Source of the DNA: Thermoanaerobaculia bacterium
Lineage (GTDB): Bacteria; Acidobacteriota; Thermoanaerobaculia; Multivoradales; UBA5704
Direction: 5' to 3'
Assembly: GCA_044226625.1 (NCBI GenBank)
Contig: JBGAGQ010000006.1
Location: 1 to 64,000 of the forward strand
Length of the DNA stretch: 64,000 nucleotides
Shown: one piece after another, positions 28,073-37,187 of the stretch
Layout: every line of letters begins with the position of its first letter
Numbering within the stretch: position 1 is the first letter of the stretch
Notes under the pieces: generated by a model
Told to the model about the DNA's origin: nothing
What the model saw: only the letters and a program-made list of their open reading frames with translations
The model's database searches: none
Made by a program: the position numbers and the translations under genes

Positions 28073-28170
28073 GACGCGCATCAGCTCCGACCGTCGCAAA
28101 AAACAAAAGCCCTCGCGGCAACGTATTCCCCTCCGATTGAGGTTTCCCCTGGTTTCGGAGGGGTTCACGC

Positions 28171-30426
28171 ATGGAAATTCGTACGCCGGCCGTCGCTTTG
28201 GCGCTCGCCTTGGCCGCGGCCGCGGGATGGTCCGAGGAGTGGGGACCGAACGCGGTCATCCCTCCCCTGCCGGTCGCGCGCGCCGCGGGAGCGATCGCAG
28301 TGGACGGCGATCTGTCCGATCCGGGCTGGCAGGAGGCGGCGAAGATCGACCGCTTTTTCGAGACGCAGCCGGCAGACAACACGGCGCCAAGAGTGGCGAC
28401 GATCGCCTGGGTCACCTACGACGACCGGTACTTCTACATCGCGGTCCTCTGCAAGGATCCGGATCCCGCCTCGATCCGAGCACCGTTCGTAGAGCGCGAC
28501 GCGGTGATCGGCACCGACGACAACGTGGCGATCTTCCTCGACACGCGAAACGACAAGCGCTCGGCCATCGAGCTGCGCGTGAATCCGCGTGGCATCCAGG
28601 GCGACGCGGTGTTCAACGACGCGAACGGCAACGAGGACTTCTCGCCCGATTTCTTCTACGACACGGCGGCGAAGATCACCTCGGAGGGCTGGCAGGCCGA
28701 GTTCCGGATCCCGTTCTCGAGCCTGCGCTATCCGAAAGAAGATCCCCAGAGCTGGGGCCTGCTGATCTGGCGCAACTACCCGCGCGACAACCGGTACGCC
28801 TTCTATTCGGCGCCGCAGCCGCGCGGCTCGAACTGCTACATCTGCCACGAGCACGAGATCACGGGGCTCTCCGGCCTCCCTTCGTCGAGCCATCTGGTGG
28901 CGGCGCCCTACGTCACCGCTTCGCGCACCGAGCGCCGCGACGGGCGAACGGGTGACTTCGAGGCAGAGCCGACGGATACGGATGCCGGTTTGGACCTCAA
29001 ATGGAACCCGAACGCCGACACCACGATCGACGCGACGGTGAACCCGGACTTTTCGCAGATCGAGGCCGACGTTCCCCAGATCGCGGTGAACCAGCGGTTC
29101 GCCCTGTTCTACCCCGAGAAGCGCCCCTTCTTCCTCGAGGGGGTCGATCTGCTCGACACGCCGATTCAGGCGGTCTATACGCGGACGCTGACCTCTCCGC
29201 GCTGGGGCCTCCGCGGCTCGGGCAAGGTGGGCGGCTCGGCCTATACCCTGCTCGTCGCGGAGGACCGCGGCGGCGGACTGGCCATCCTTCCGGGCTCGAC
29301 CGGATCGAGCTTCGCGCTCCAGGATTTCGGCTCGAAGGTGGCGATCGGTCGCGTGCGCCGCGATCTCGGCGGCTCGTTCGGCGGATTTCTTTTCACCGAT
29401 CGAGAGGTCGACGGCGGCGGCCATAATCGGGTGATCGGACCGGATTTCCAGTGGCGCGCCAGCCGGCGCGATCTCGTCTCGTTCCAGTTCCTCTGGAGCG
29501 ACACCGAAACTCCGAACCGTCCCGATCTGGCCGAAGAATGGGACGGGCGAAAGCTCTCCGATCACCAAGCCTTCCTGAACTGGAGCCGGAACGAGAGGCG
29601 GTACGACTGGAGCCTGCGGTGGGTCGATTCCGGGGACGAGTTCCGTGCCGACACGGGATTCGTCCCCCAGGTCGGGTTCCGAAGGGCGCGCGCGCAGGCC
29701 GGATTGCGCCGATATCCGGAACACGGGCTCCTCAACTTCGTCCGGCTCTACGGCACGGCCCAGCTCGAGGAGGACACCCACGGCCGCCGCATCTACCGCG
29801 ACCTTGCCCCCGGCGTGTTCCTGATGGGCAAGAAGAACCTGCAGTCGTTCCTCGAGCTGCACGCCGAGCAGGTCGACGCATCCGGCGTCTTGCTCGAGCA
29901 GCGCTACGGCATCTTTTTCGTCCAGATCGACCCGTCGCGGCGCTTCTCCCGGGTGAGCCTCCAAGTCCAGTTCGGCGACGCCATCGACTTCTTCCAATCG
30001 CGGCTGGGCCGCGGCGGCTCGGTCCTCCTGACCGGCACCTTGCGGCCGATCCCTCGGCTCGGGCTCGAATGGAGCGGCGAGCGCCGTACCCTCGATGTCG
30101 ACGCCGACGGCCGGTCGCCGCGCGGCGGCCGCCTGTTCACCGCCGACGTGGAGCGGCTCAAGGCGACCTACGGATTTTCGTCCCGCTCGATCCTCCGCCT
30201 GATCGCCCAATACCAACGCACCGACCAAGACCCCGAGGTTGCAGGCGTGCTGCTGCCCCGGCGCTCCGGAGCGTTCCTCGGCTCGCTGCTCTACAGCTAC
30301 AAACTCAACTGGCAGACGGTCCTGTTCCTCGGCTACGGCGACGACCGGCTACGCGAGGAAAACGGCGACCTGCGGGCGACCGGCCGATCGCTGTTCTTCA
30401 AGGTGTCGTACGCCTTGCAGAAGTGA
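28171..30426 (+). CDS. CBM9-like / DUF5916 outer-membrane protein
   Basis: VDGDLSD..W, YDDRYFYIA, W.AEFRIPFSSLRY, ATVNPDFSQIEAD, EKRPFFLEG; beta-barrel C-terminus FFKVSYA. Confidence 0.88.
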   Translation: MEIRTPAVALALALAAAAGWSEEWGPNAVIPPLPVARAAGAIAVDGDLSDPGWQEAAKIDRFFETQPADNTAPRVATIAWVTYDDRYFYIAVLCKDPDPASIRAPFVERDAVIGTDDNVAIFLDTRNDKRSAIELRVNPRGIQGDAVFNDANGNEDFSPDFFYDTAAKITSEGWQAEFRIPFSSLRYPKEDPQSWGLLIWRNYPRDNRYAFYSAPQPRGSNCYICHEHEITGLSGLPSSSHLVAAPYVTASRTERRDGRTGDFEAEPTDTDAGLDLKWNPNADTTIDATVNPDFSQIEADVPQIAVNQRFALFYPEKRPFFLEGVDLLDTPIQAVYTRTLTSPRWGLRGSGKVGGSAYTLLVAEDRGGGLAILPGSTGSSFALQDFGSKVAIGRVRRDLGGSFGGFLFTDREVDGGGHNRVIGPDFQWRASRRDLVSFQFLWSDTETPNRPDLAEEWDGRKLSDHQAFLNWSRNERRYDWSLRWVDSGDEFRADTGFVPQVGFRRARAQAGLRRYPEHGLLNFVRLYGTAQLEEDTHGRRIYRDLAPGVFLMGKKNLQSFLELHAEQVDASGVLLEQRYGIFFVQIDPSRRFSRVSLQVQFGDAIDFFQSRLGRGGSVLLTGTLRPIPRLGLEWSGERRTLDVDADGRSPRGGRLFTADVERLKATYGFSSRSILRLIAQYQRTDQDPEVAGVLLPRRSGAFLGSLLYSYKLNWQTVLFLGYGDDRLREENGDLRATGRSLFFKVSYALQK

Positions 30427-30501
30427 ACGGTCGGAGTTGAAGCGGCAGGCGGCCCGGCGGAGAGAGCGGCAGCAGCGCTCCCTGCCGGGCCGGAAGCTCG
30501 A

Positions 30502-30969
30502 TCAGTAATCGAACCGGTTCGTGATGTAGCCCGAGAAGTGCCACTTCTCGGCGTAGCCGAATGGCGTTCCGACGTAGATCTTGAAGTAGTCGCCGATCGA
30601 TCCGCTCAAGCCGTAGACTCGTCCCACGCAATCGTCGCAGGCGAGGGTTCCGTCCTTGTAGACATCCCAGATCTTGTCGATTTCGTCGTTCGTCGAGGTC
30701 GAGACGCCCACGAGGCGAAACTCGTAGAGGTGCCCGCCACTGAGCGCCACAGCGTGAGAGAACGCTTGCGAGGTACCTTCCTGCCAGTTGGACGAGGAAT
30801 AGCCGACCGACGGCGTCGACCAGACGCCGGTGTCGCCATCCCGAACGGCCAGCGGCGAGTTGTCCGACCAGACGCTGTGAACGGGAACCCATTTGGCCTC
30901 GGCGGCCGTCGCGAGGCCGAGAAGCGAAAGGGCGGCGATCGAGGTTCGAAGCGGGCTCTTCATTGGCAT
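30502..30969 (-). CDS. Secreted hypothetical beta-rich protein
   Basis: SD aaggaga; signal peptide ending AEA; CDDC motif. Confidence 0.7.
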   Translation of the reverse strand: MPMKSPLRTSIAALSLLGLATAAEAKWVPVHSVWSDNSPLAVRDGDTGVWSTPSVGYSSSNWQEGTSQAFSHAVALSGGHLYEFRLVGVSTSTNDEIDKIWDVYKDGTLACDDCVGRVYGLSGSIGDYFKIYVGTPFGYAEKWHFSGYITNRFDY

Positions 30970-31142
30970 TCTCCTTTCAAAGGAAACGGCGACTTCCAGA
31001 GAGACGGCGGCCGCTCGCCTTGTGCGAAACGGCCCCCCGAATGCGTCCAGTTGGAAGTGCGCATATCTCTGAACCTTGAGAGTGCCCGCGGGAGACAAAG
31101 TGAGACGAACGAGCGGCGGAACCCGCGCGCCGCGGACGCCGA

Positions 31143-31577
31143 TCAAACAGGCGCCAATCGCTCGATCGAAAAGCCCGGAAATCGAGCGAAATCCCGATCC
31201 TCCGTCAGCAGTGCCCGCGCCCCCACCTCGCGGCAGACCGCGACGATCTGGGCTTCGTAAACCAGGTTCCCCTTGGCCTCAGCCGCCCGGACCGCTTCCG
31301 CAAAAAGGGCTGGGAAACGCGACCCGGGATTCAAGATACGCAGCGAGGGCGAGGCGGTCAGCCGTTCGATCGCGGCAGCCGCCTCGCTCGGCGTATGGGG
31401 CGGATCGAAGAGCTTGGGATGCGTGATCACTCGCGCCAGCTCCCCCAGACAAAAGACCGGGATCGCCCAGATCTCGGGCGACTCGGCAAGGGCCGTCAAT
31501 CGCGCGAGCGCGGACCTATGCTTGGGCAGCTCCGCGCGATGGGCGTAGACGAGGACATTGGTGTCGACCGCAATCAT
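31143..31577 (-). CDS. vapC: VapC PIN-domain toxin
   Basis: IAVDTNVLVYA...E...LLTEDRDF; the usual DA site reads EA. Confidence 0.9.
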   Translation of the reverse strand: MIAVDTNVLVYAHRAELPKHRSALARLTALAESPEIWAIPVFCLGELARVITHPKLFDPPHTPSEAAAAIERLTASPSLRILNPGSRFPALFAEAVRAAEAKGNLVYEAQIVAVCREVGARALLTEDRDFARFPGFSIERLAPV

Positions 31578-31813
31578 CCCCGCTCCTCCATCCGCTCGAA
31601 CAGAGCGTCGCGGTCATCCCAGTCCAGGCCCGGCGCGCTCCGGCCGCTCTTGATCACCGGAGCGAAACGGAACGAGTCAGCGGCCGGCCGGCCGCCCTGC
31701 AGATACAACCGGAGCGCTCGCTCGAGAAGGCGGGTGAACGGCTCGCCCATCTCCGCGGCGCGGGCTTTGGCTTCACGGAAGAGGTTGTCTTCGAGATCCA
31801 GCGTCGTTCGCAT
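31574..31813 (-). CDS. vapB: VapB ribbon-helix-helix antitoxin
   Basis: MRTTLDLEDNLFREAKARAA; ATGA overlap with vapC. Confidence 0.85.
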   Translation of the reverse strand: MRTTLDLEDNLFREAKARAAEMGEPFTRLLERALRLYLQGGRPAADSFRFAPVIKSGRSAPGLDWDDRDALFERMEERG

Positions 31814-31845
31814 GCAGATATCTTCCGCGAAGAAGCAGAAATCTG

Positions 31846-32379
31846 TCAACATGCCGCCACCTCCTCCCCAGCCCGGGAAAAACCCGGCAAAGAGTCCCGG
31901 TTGGCGATGTCGACGGGGGGAATCGTCCGTTCCTCCCGCGCATAGATCAATCGGTCGAGCCGGCTGGCGAGGTCGACGCTCGCGGCGAGACCGAGCTCGA
32001 ACAGCTCGAGCGCTTCGCAGGGATCGAAGGTGCCTAGGCGCTCTCCGAGATCGACGTAATAGGCCACTTCGGCGAGGCGGCTCCGCGCTTCGGCCAGCTC
32101 GGCGAGGCGAACCGTTCGCGGGCGGCCCGAGGGATCTTCGGGATCGAGCCGCGACAGGAGGTCCGCGGCGCCGACCGAGGCGCGGCGGAGGCGGTCGCCG
32201 ATCCCGTGAGGATCTTTCGACTCCGCGAGCCCTGGAAGTGTCGCTTCGTGAATCGCGAGCACCAGCCGGTCGACCGCGGCCAACGGCGGCCGAGGCGACG
32301 GCTCGAGCGGTTTAGGAGGTAAGGGAGGGGTCGGCGGCGGGGCGGGGGGAGCGTACGGCGGGCGGCTCGTGGCGAACAT
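31846..32379 (-). CDS. Divergent four-helix-bundle protein (23S rRNA IVP/TIGR02436-like)
   Basis: DRLVLAIHEAT...GIGDRLRRASV...ARSRLAEVAYYVDLGERLG pattern. Confidence 0.55.
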   Translation of the reverse strand: MFATSRPPYAPPAPPPTPPLPPKPLEPSPRPPLAAVDRLVLAIHEATLPGLAESKDPHGIGDRLRRASVGAADLLSRLDPEDPSGRPRTVRLAELAEARSRLAEVAYYVDLGERLGTFDPCEALELFELGLAASVDLASRLDRLIYAREERTIPPVDIANRDSLPGFSRAGEEVAAC

Positions 32380-32485
32380 CGTCCATCTCCTTTTCCGTGA
32401 GCGAGGTGGGGCTCACGGAAGAGAGAAGACGTAATTCGCTCCTTTCATCTCGATGCTTCGGCGGAGAAACTCTTCGAAGCTGGGC

Positions 32486-34441
32486 TCAGCGTCGGCCGCT
32501 CCATTCGTTTCGCTGGACCACCGGCAGCTGGAGGGCCCGCTCGCGATCGAGGTCGAGCGACCCGACGTGGAGCGCGAGCGGCGCCTGCACCCACTTGTAG
32601 ATCGAGCGGGTGAACAGGGCCGCGAACCGTTCGGACCAGGCGGCGAGACGTTCCGCGGGGATCGTCGGGAACAGGGAGGGGAGAGCGGCGGCGACCTCGT
32701 CGGGCGCGAGCTTTTCCCCCGCGTACAGGTGGAGGCAGGCGTCGAGCACGGCGAAGGGCATCAGCTCGCTCTCCGCGGTCTGCGCCGCAGCGAGCTCGGG
32801 TCCGGGCTCCGTCGCGAGCGTCATCGCGATGCCTTCGAAGCCAAACCGGGCGTGAAGCCGTTCGAGCAACGCCACGACCACCGTCTTCGGCACGTTCGCG
32901 ATCACCGAAAGCGCCCCTTCGAGATCGCCGCCGATGGTCGTGTATCCGACCGCCTTTTCGCTCATGTCGCCGGTCTGAAGGAAAAGGTAGCCCGAGGTGT
33001 TCGCCCAGTTCCACATCCGAACGGCGCGCAGCCGCGCCTGAACGTTCTGTTTCGTGATCTCGCTCGGCTCGGCCGCCGCGTCGGACACGCCCGGCTCGCC
33101 CCGGCCGAGCATCGCTCGCGTAGCCTCCACCTCGCGGTCGAACGCCTCCTCGATCGCCACGGTTCGCAGCGGGACGCCCAGCTCTTCGGCGAGCTTTGCC
33201 GCGGCCCCCTGGGTCGTTTCGGCCGAGTAACGGGTCGGCATGTAGAAGGCCTGGATCGTCTCGCCGATCCGCCGGCGCAGCTCGTCGCCGGAGAGACGCG
33301 GCGCGGCGAGCACCGCCGCGCGCCAGGCGACCAAGAGGGTGAGCATGGAGTCGCGGCCTCCCGAGAGCGCGATGCCCAGCCCTTTGAAAGCGCCGGTTTT
33401 CACCCAATAGTCGCGCACGCCGAGCGCGAGCGCCTCGAACAGCTCGTCGAGCACTTCCTCGCGCGCCGTGGGCTCGGGCGGAGCGGACGGGTCCGAGGGC
33501 GCCGGCAGGAAGAAGCTGCCTCCGGTAGGCGCCGGATAGGCGAGATTCCGCCGGTCGGCGGTCGGCTGGCCGCGCCGGTCGATGATCGGCACGCGCGGCT
33601 GCGCGCGCTGGAAGTCCTCACAATCGACGCGCCAGGTGGTGTTCTCCTGACGGATTCGGCGAGTCCTGTCGAGATCGATCACGCAGGCCTTCCAACCTTC
33701 GCGGAAGCGCTCGAGATCGAGCGCGCGGCGGCCGTTCTGAAACACGAACCCGCCGCCGTCGAAGATCAGGCCGTCCTGCGCTCCGACGGCGTTGGCGTAG
33801 ACCAGCGTCGCCTCGTTGTCCGCCGAACGGGTCGCGAGCATCTCGCGCCGCGTCGCGACGAAACCGAGCCGAAACGGCGAGGCGGACAGGTTGACCACCA
33901 GCTCCGCGCCCGAGTAGCAACGCCGGCGCATCGGACCGTCGGGAGACCAGGCGTCCTCGCAGACCTCGAGCGCGACGGTGCCGAAATCGAAATCGAAAAG
34001 ATAGTCGCCGAGCGGCACTCCCTCGGCGTCGAGCGCCAGGCTTCGCGCGCCTTGGGAAAGCGTTCGCGCCTCGTAAAAGACGTTGTAGGTCGGGAGCTTT
34101 TCCTTCGGTACGAAGCCGAGGATCGAGCCGCCATGGACCGCGGCGGCGCAGTTGAAGATCTGCCCTCCCACGGGCACCGCGAGCCCGACGGCGAAGACCG
34201 TCTTCCAGTCCTTCGTCTCGTGAGCGAACCGCTCGAGCTCGGCTCGCTGGGCGGCGAGAAACGCCCGCCACTGGACCAGATCCTCGGACGGATAGCCGCC
34301 GATCGACTGCTCCGTGAACGCCCCGAGCGTCACCTCCTCGGAGGCCATTTCGCGCGCCATCTGGAGCATTCGGTCGGTGTTCGAGCGCACCGCTCCTACG
34401 GTCGCGTCGAGGCTGGCGATAGCGATCTTGATCAAGCGCAT
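32486..34441 (-). CDS. nadE: Glutamine-dependent NAD+ synthetase
   Basis: Nitrilase-fold triad (FTEQ, KLPTYNVFYEAR, VCEDAW), SGGRDS, QNVQARLR, SEKAVGYTT. Confidence 0.95.
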   Translation of the reverse strand: MRLIKIAIASLDATVGAVRSNTDRMLQMAREMASEEVTLGAFTEQSIGGYPSEDLVQWRAFLAAQRAELERFAHETKDWKTVFAVGLAVPVGGQIFNCAAAVHGGSILGFVPKEKLPTYNVFYEARTLSQGARSLALDAEGVPLGDYLFDFDFGTVALEVCEDAWSPDGPMRRRCYSGAELVVNLSASPFRLGFVATRREMLATRSADNEATLVYANAVGAQDGLIFDGGGFVFQNGRRALDLERFREGWKACVIDLDRTRRIRQENTTWRVDCEDFQRAQPRVPIIDRRGQPTADRRNLAYPAPTGGSFFLPAPSDPSAPPEPTAREEVLDELFEALALGVRDYWVKTGAFKGLGIALSGGRDSMLTLLVAWRAAVLAAPRLSGDELRRRIGETIQAFYMPTRYSAETTQGAAAKLAEELGVPLRTVAIEEAFDREVEATRAMLGRGEPGVSDAAAEPSEITKQNVQARLRAVRMWNWANTSGYLFLQTGDMSEKAVGYTTIGGDLEGALSVIANVPKTVVVALLERLHARFGFEGIAMTLATEPGPELAAAQTAESELMPFAVLDACLHLYAGEKLAPDEVAAALPSLFPTIPAERLAAWSERFAALFTRSIYKWVQAPLALHVGSLDLDRERALQLPVVQRNEWSGRR

Positions 34442-34566
34442 GGCGTTCCTTGCCGGGACCCTTTTGTCCTTGCGGGGGGTTCGATCGAAAAAAGAAGAGC
34501 TGAAAATCGGACGCTGCCGTTTCTCGCCGGCCGAGCTTCCGCTCGGAGCATAGCAGGGCGCGCCGG

Positions 34567-35478
34567 CTAGTCCGGGTCTCCCGCGGCGGCCGAGAGCAGC
34601 AGGCGAGACAGCCGGCGGATGAGCTCGAAAAGGGCCGGCTCGTCGGTGGCATCCGAGGCCGCCGCGGCGAGACGCCCGAGAGCGGCGAGCGGCACCGGAG
34701 GCAGTGCGGGATCCGCGAATCGTTCGGCCTCCGCGCGGCTCCATTCCGCGAGCGCCGCCGGACCGCCGGAGGCGAGAGCGAGGCGCCCGCGATCGAGCGC
34801 CGCGAGCGCCGCCTCGAGCGGCCGGCCGCGACGCAGGCCGGCATCCCGAAGGTCGTCGAGGGCCGCCTCGACCTCGACCGCAACCGCGTCCTCGGCAACC
34901 TCGAACCGGGTCGGCATGCCGAGGGGATACACCGCGTCGTCCGCTTCGTCGGTGTCCAAAGAGGGCGGAAGCCGCCGGGCCTCCCGCCTGGGGCCCCCGA
35001 TCTCGCGCGCCCGGCGCTCGATCCGCTCCGCCGCGGCGAGGTGCTCGCGACAGAACGGGAGGAGTGACCTCCCAGAGGATCGCGCGCCCGGCTCCTCTTC
35101 CGTGAGAGCCTTGAGCGCCAGGCGAGCCGCGTCGAGCGCTCCCGCCGGATCGTCCGGCCAGGAGGTCCGGCATCGGGCGAGCAGCTCCGCGGCAACTTCC
35201 GGAGCGGAGAGCTCGGGCCGGTCGCGCAGGGCGAGGCGGCGTTCATGCTCCGATCGCTCGAGCAACGCGTCGACCTCGTGGTCGCCACGCGACGCGAGCG
35301 TGTGCGCGAGATCGTTCAGGAATTCGCCGAAAACCGTCCGCCGGCCCGGATCCGAGGCGGGGTCGGGGTCGGGGTCAAGGATTGGCGCGGCCGGCTCGGG
35401 ACGGAAACGCTCGGGCGAGCCCAACAGAGGGGCGACCCGCCCCTCTTTCTCGGATTCGTCGGGCGGCTCGCCGCTCAC
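34567..35478 (-). CDS. Hypothetical helical (TPR-like) protein
   Basis: GTG start overlapping the lspA stop; Ala/Leu/Arg-rich helices. Confidence 0.55.
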   Translation of the reverse strand: MSGEPPDESEKEGRVAPLLGSPERFRPEPAAPILDPDPDPASDPGRRTVFGEFLNDLAHTLASRGDHEVDALLERSEHERRLALRDRPELSAPEVAAELLARCRTSWPDDPAGALDAARLALKALTEEEPGARSSGRSLLPFCREHLAAAERIERRAREIGGPRREARRLPPSLDTDEADDAVYPLGMPTRFEVAEDAVAVEVEAALDDLRDAGLRRGRPLEAALAALDRGRLALASGGPAALAEWSRAEAERFADPALPPVPLAALGRLAAAASDATDEPALFELIRRLSRLLLSAAAGDPD

Positions 35479-35999
35479 CGGTCCGCGGAGCGCGCGTCGG
35501 GCTCCGCCTCTTGCGCCTTGCCCCCGACGGCGCCGGAGATCGCGAACAGGATCGCGCCGCTCGTCAGGCAGAGATCGGCCACGTTGAACACCCCCGTGCG
35601 CACCGGCCCGATGCCTAAGATCATGAAGTCGGTCACCGCGCCGCCGCGGAGAACCCGGTCGATCAGGTTGCCGAAACCGCCCGAAATCAGGAGCGCCAGG
35701 GCGAACGTGGGCCAGAAGGTGAGGTCCCGGCTGCGCACGAGGTAGGCCGTCAGGCCGACGACCAGGAGGACGTTCAAACCGCCGAGGAGCCCTTCGCGCC
35801 AACCGACCGGCAGGTTCGCTCCCAGGCTCAGAAAGGCCCCCCGGTTTTCGGCGTATTCCAGCCGGGCGATCCCTCCGAGATAGCTCCGGCTCGGTTGATA
35901 CGCCAGGTGCTTGCGCGCGAGGAGCTTGGTCGCCTGATCGAGCGCCAGGACGGCCAAGAAGACGGCGATCAGTAGTTGCACACGCGCAGCTCGGGTCAA
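35475..35999 (-). CDS. lspA: Lipoprotein signal peptidase II
   Basis: DQATK, N.GAFLSL, GGFGNLIDR, VTDF, VFNVAD. Confidence 0.93.
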   Translation of the reverse strand: MTRAARVQLLIAVFLAVLALDQATKLLARKHLAYQPSRSYLGGIARLEYAENRGAFLSLGANLPVGWREGLLGGLNVLLVVGLTAYLVRSRDLTFWPTFALALLISGGFGNLIDRVLRGGAVTDFMILGIGPVRTGVFNVADLCLTSGAILFAISGAVGGKAQEAEPDARSADR

Positions 36000-37129
36000 G
36001 GGAGTGTTCCTTTCGCGGGGCCGGCCCCGACGAGGCCTCGACGCTCCAACTCCTCGAGGAGCACCTCGGCGTACAGCCGATGGCCGAGTGCGTTCGGGTG
36101 ACCGTCGTGGGGGATGCGGAAGACGGTAACCCAATTCTTCCGGTCGTGCTGAAGGTCGTGGGCGACCAGGTAATCGTAAAAGTGAGGCGCCGCGTTGAGG
36201 AAGGTAAAACCGTTCTTTTCCGCGGTCTCTCGGGCGAGCTTGCCACGCCCGTCGTCCCCGCCGAGTGCCATCACGATCACCGGGATGTCGCGCGGTCGGG
36301 TCAATTCGCGGAGCCGGCCGAGCGCCTTGACGAACGCCGCCTCGCCTACGATGCCCTCGTACTGCTTGCGCGCCTCGTAGCGCTCACCTTTGGCGTCCCC
36401 GTCGGTGTCGTGGCCGACCAGGTCGGGATCCACCTCGTCGTCCGGCGACGGCGGGGTGAACCGAGCCTTGAGCAGCTCCCAGAGCAGCCAGCGCGACGGC
36501 GCGGCACCGCGGTCCTGGGAGGCGTCGGGCCGACGGAGGAAATGCGGCAGACCGAAGTCGTTGCCGATGAAATGGAGCACGACAAGATCGGGCGAGAAAG
36601 GCAGCGCGCGATGCTCGAACGCCGCCACTTCGAGCGACGTGTTGTAGCCCGGAACCGCGAAGCTCAAGGCGTCGGTGGGCCGGCCCCGAGCGGAGAGCTC
36701 CTTCTCGACGATCTCGAGGTACGGCTCCCCCTCGCCCACCCCCCAGCCGAACATCACCGAATCTCCGAGCCCGGCGATTCGAAACCTCCCCGGCGGTTTG
36801 GCCGTCGGAATGTCGCGCGATCCGCGGAGCCCCTGGGCGTTCGTCCGCAGGCTCTTGCCTCGAAACGTTCCGGAGACGTTCGGCTTGAGCTCGTAGACGA
36901 CGTCCGGAAACACGCTCGCCTTGACCAGACCGGAAAGCGAGAACTTTCCGCCGTGCTCCGCGTTGTCGGCGACCGAGGTCCGCGCCGACTTGGCGAGAAT
37001 GGTGCGCACGTCCGCCGCGGATTCGCCCCCTCGCGAACGGAAGTAGAGGCGGACCGCCCCCTCCGCCGCCAGCAGCGAGAGGACCAGGGTGGAGAGAACC
37101 ACACAGAGACGAAGGGTCAGGCGGCGCAT
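35996..37129 (-). CDS. Membrane-anchored SGNH/GDSL hydrolase
   Basis: GLGDSVMFG, VPGYN, GND, DGHPN. Confidence 0.88.
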   Translation of the reverse strand: MRRLTLRLCVVLSTLVLSLLAAEGAVRLYFRSRGGESAADVRTILAKSARTSVADNAEHGGKFSLSGLVKASVFPDVVYELKPNVSGTFRGKSLRTNAQGLRGSRDIPTAKPPGRFRIAGLGDSVMFGWGVGEGEPYLEIVEKELSARGRPTDALSFAVPGYNTSLEVAAFEHRALPFSPDLVVLHFIGNDFGLPHFLRRPDASQDRGAAPSRWLLWELLKARFTPPSPDDEVDPDLVGHDTDGDAKGERYEARKQYEGIVGEAAFVKALGRLRELTRPRDIPVIVMALGGDDGRGKLARETAEKNGFTFLNAAPHFYDYLVAHDLQHDRKNWVTVFRIPHDGHPNALGHRLYAEVLLEELERRGLVGAGPAKGTLP

Positions 37130-37187
37130 GAGCGGGTCGGATTGTATGGCGTCGGACCGCCGCTCCGTTCACCGCTAAGATTCCGCC

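Noticed and set aside
31846-32379. Diversity-generating retroelement
   Set aside because: Only an Avd-like fold; no reverse transcriptase and no TR/VR pair with adenine-specific mismatches. The duplication differs by indels, not A-to-N changes.
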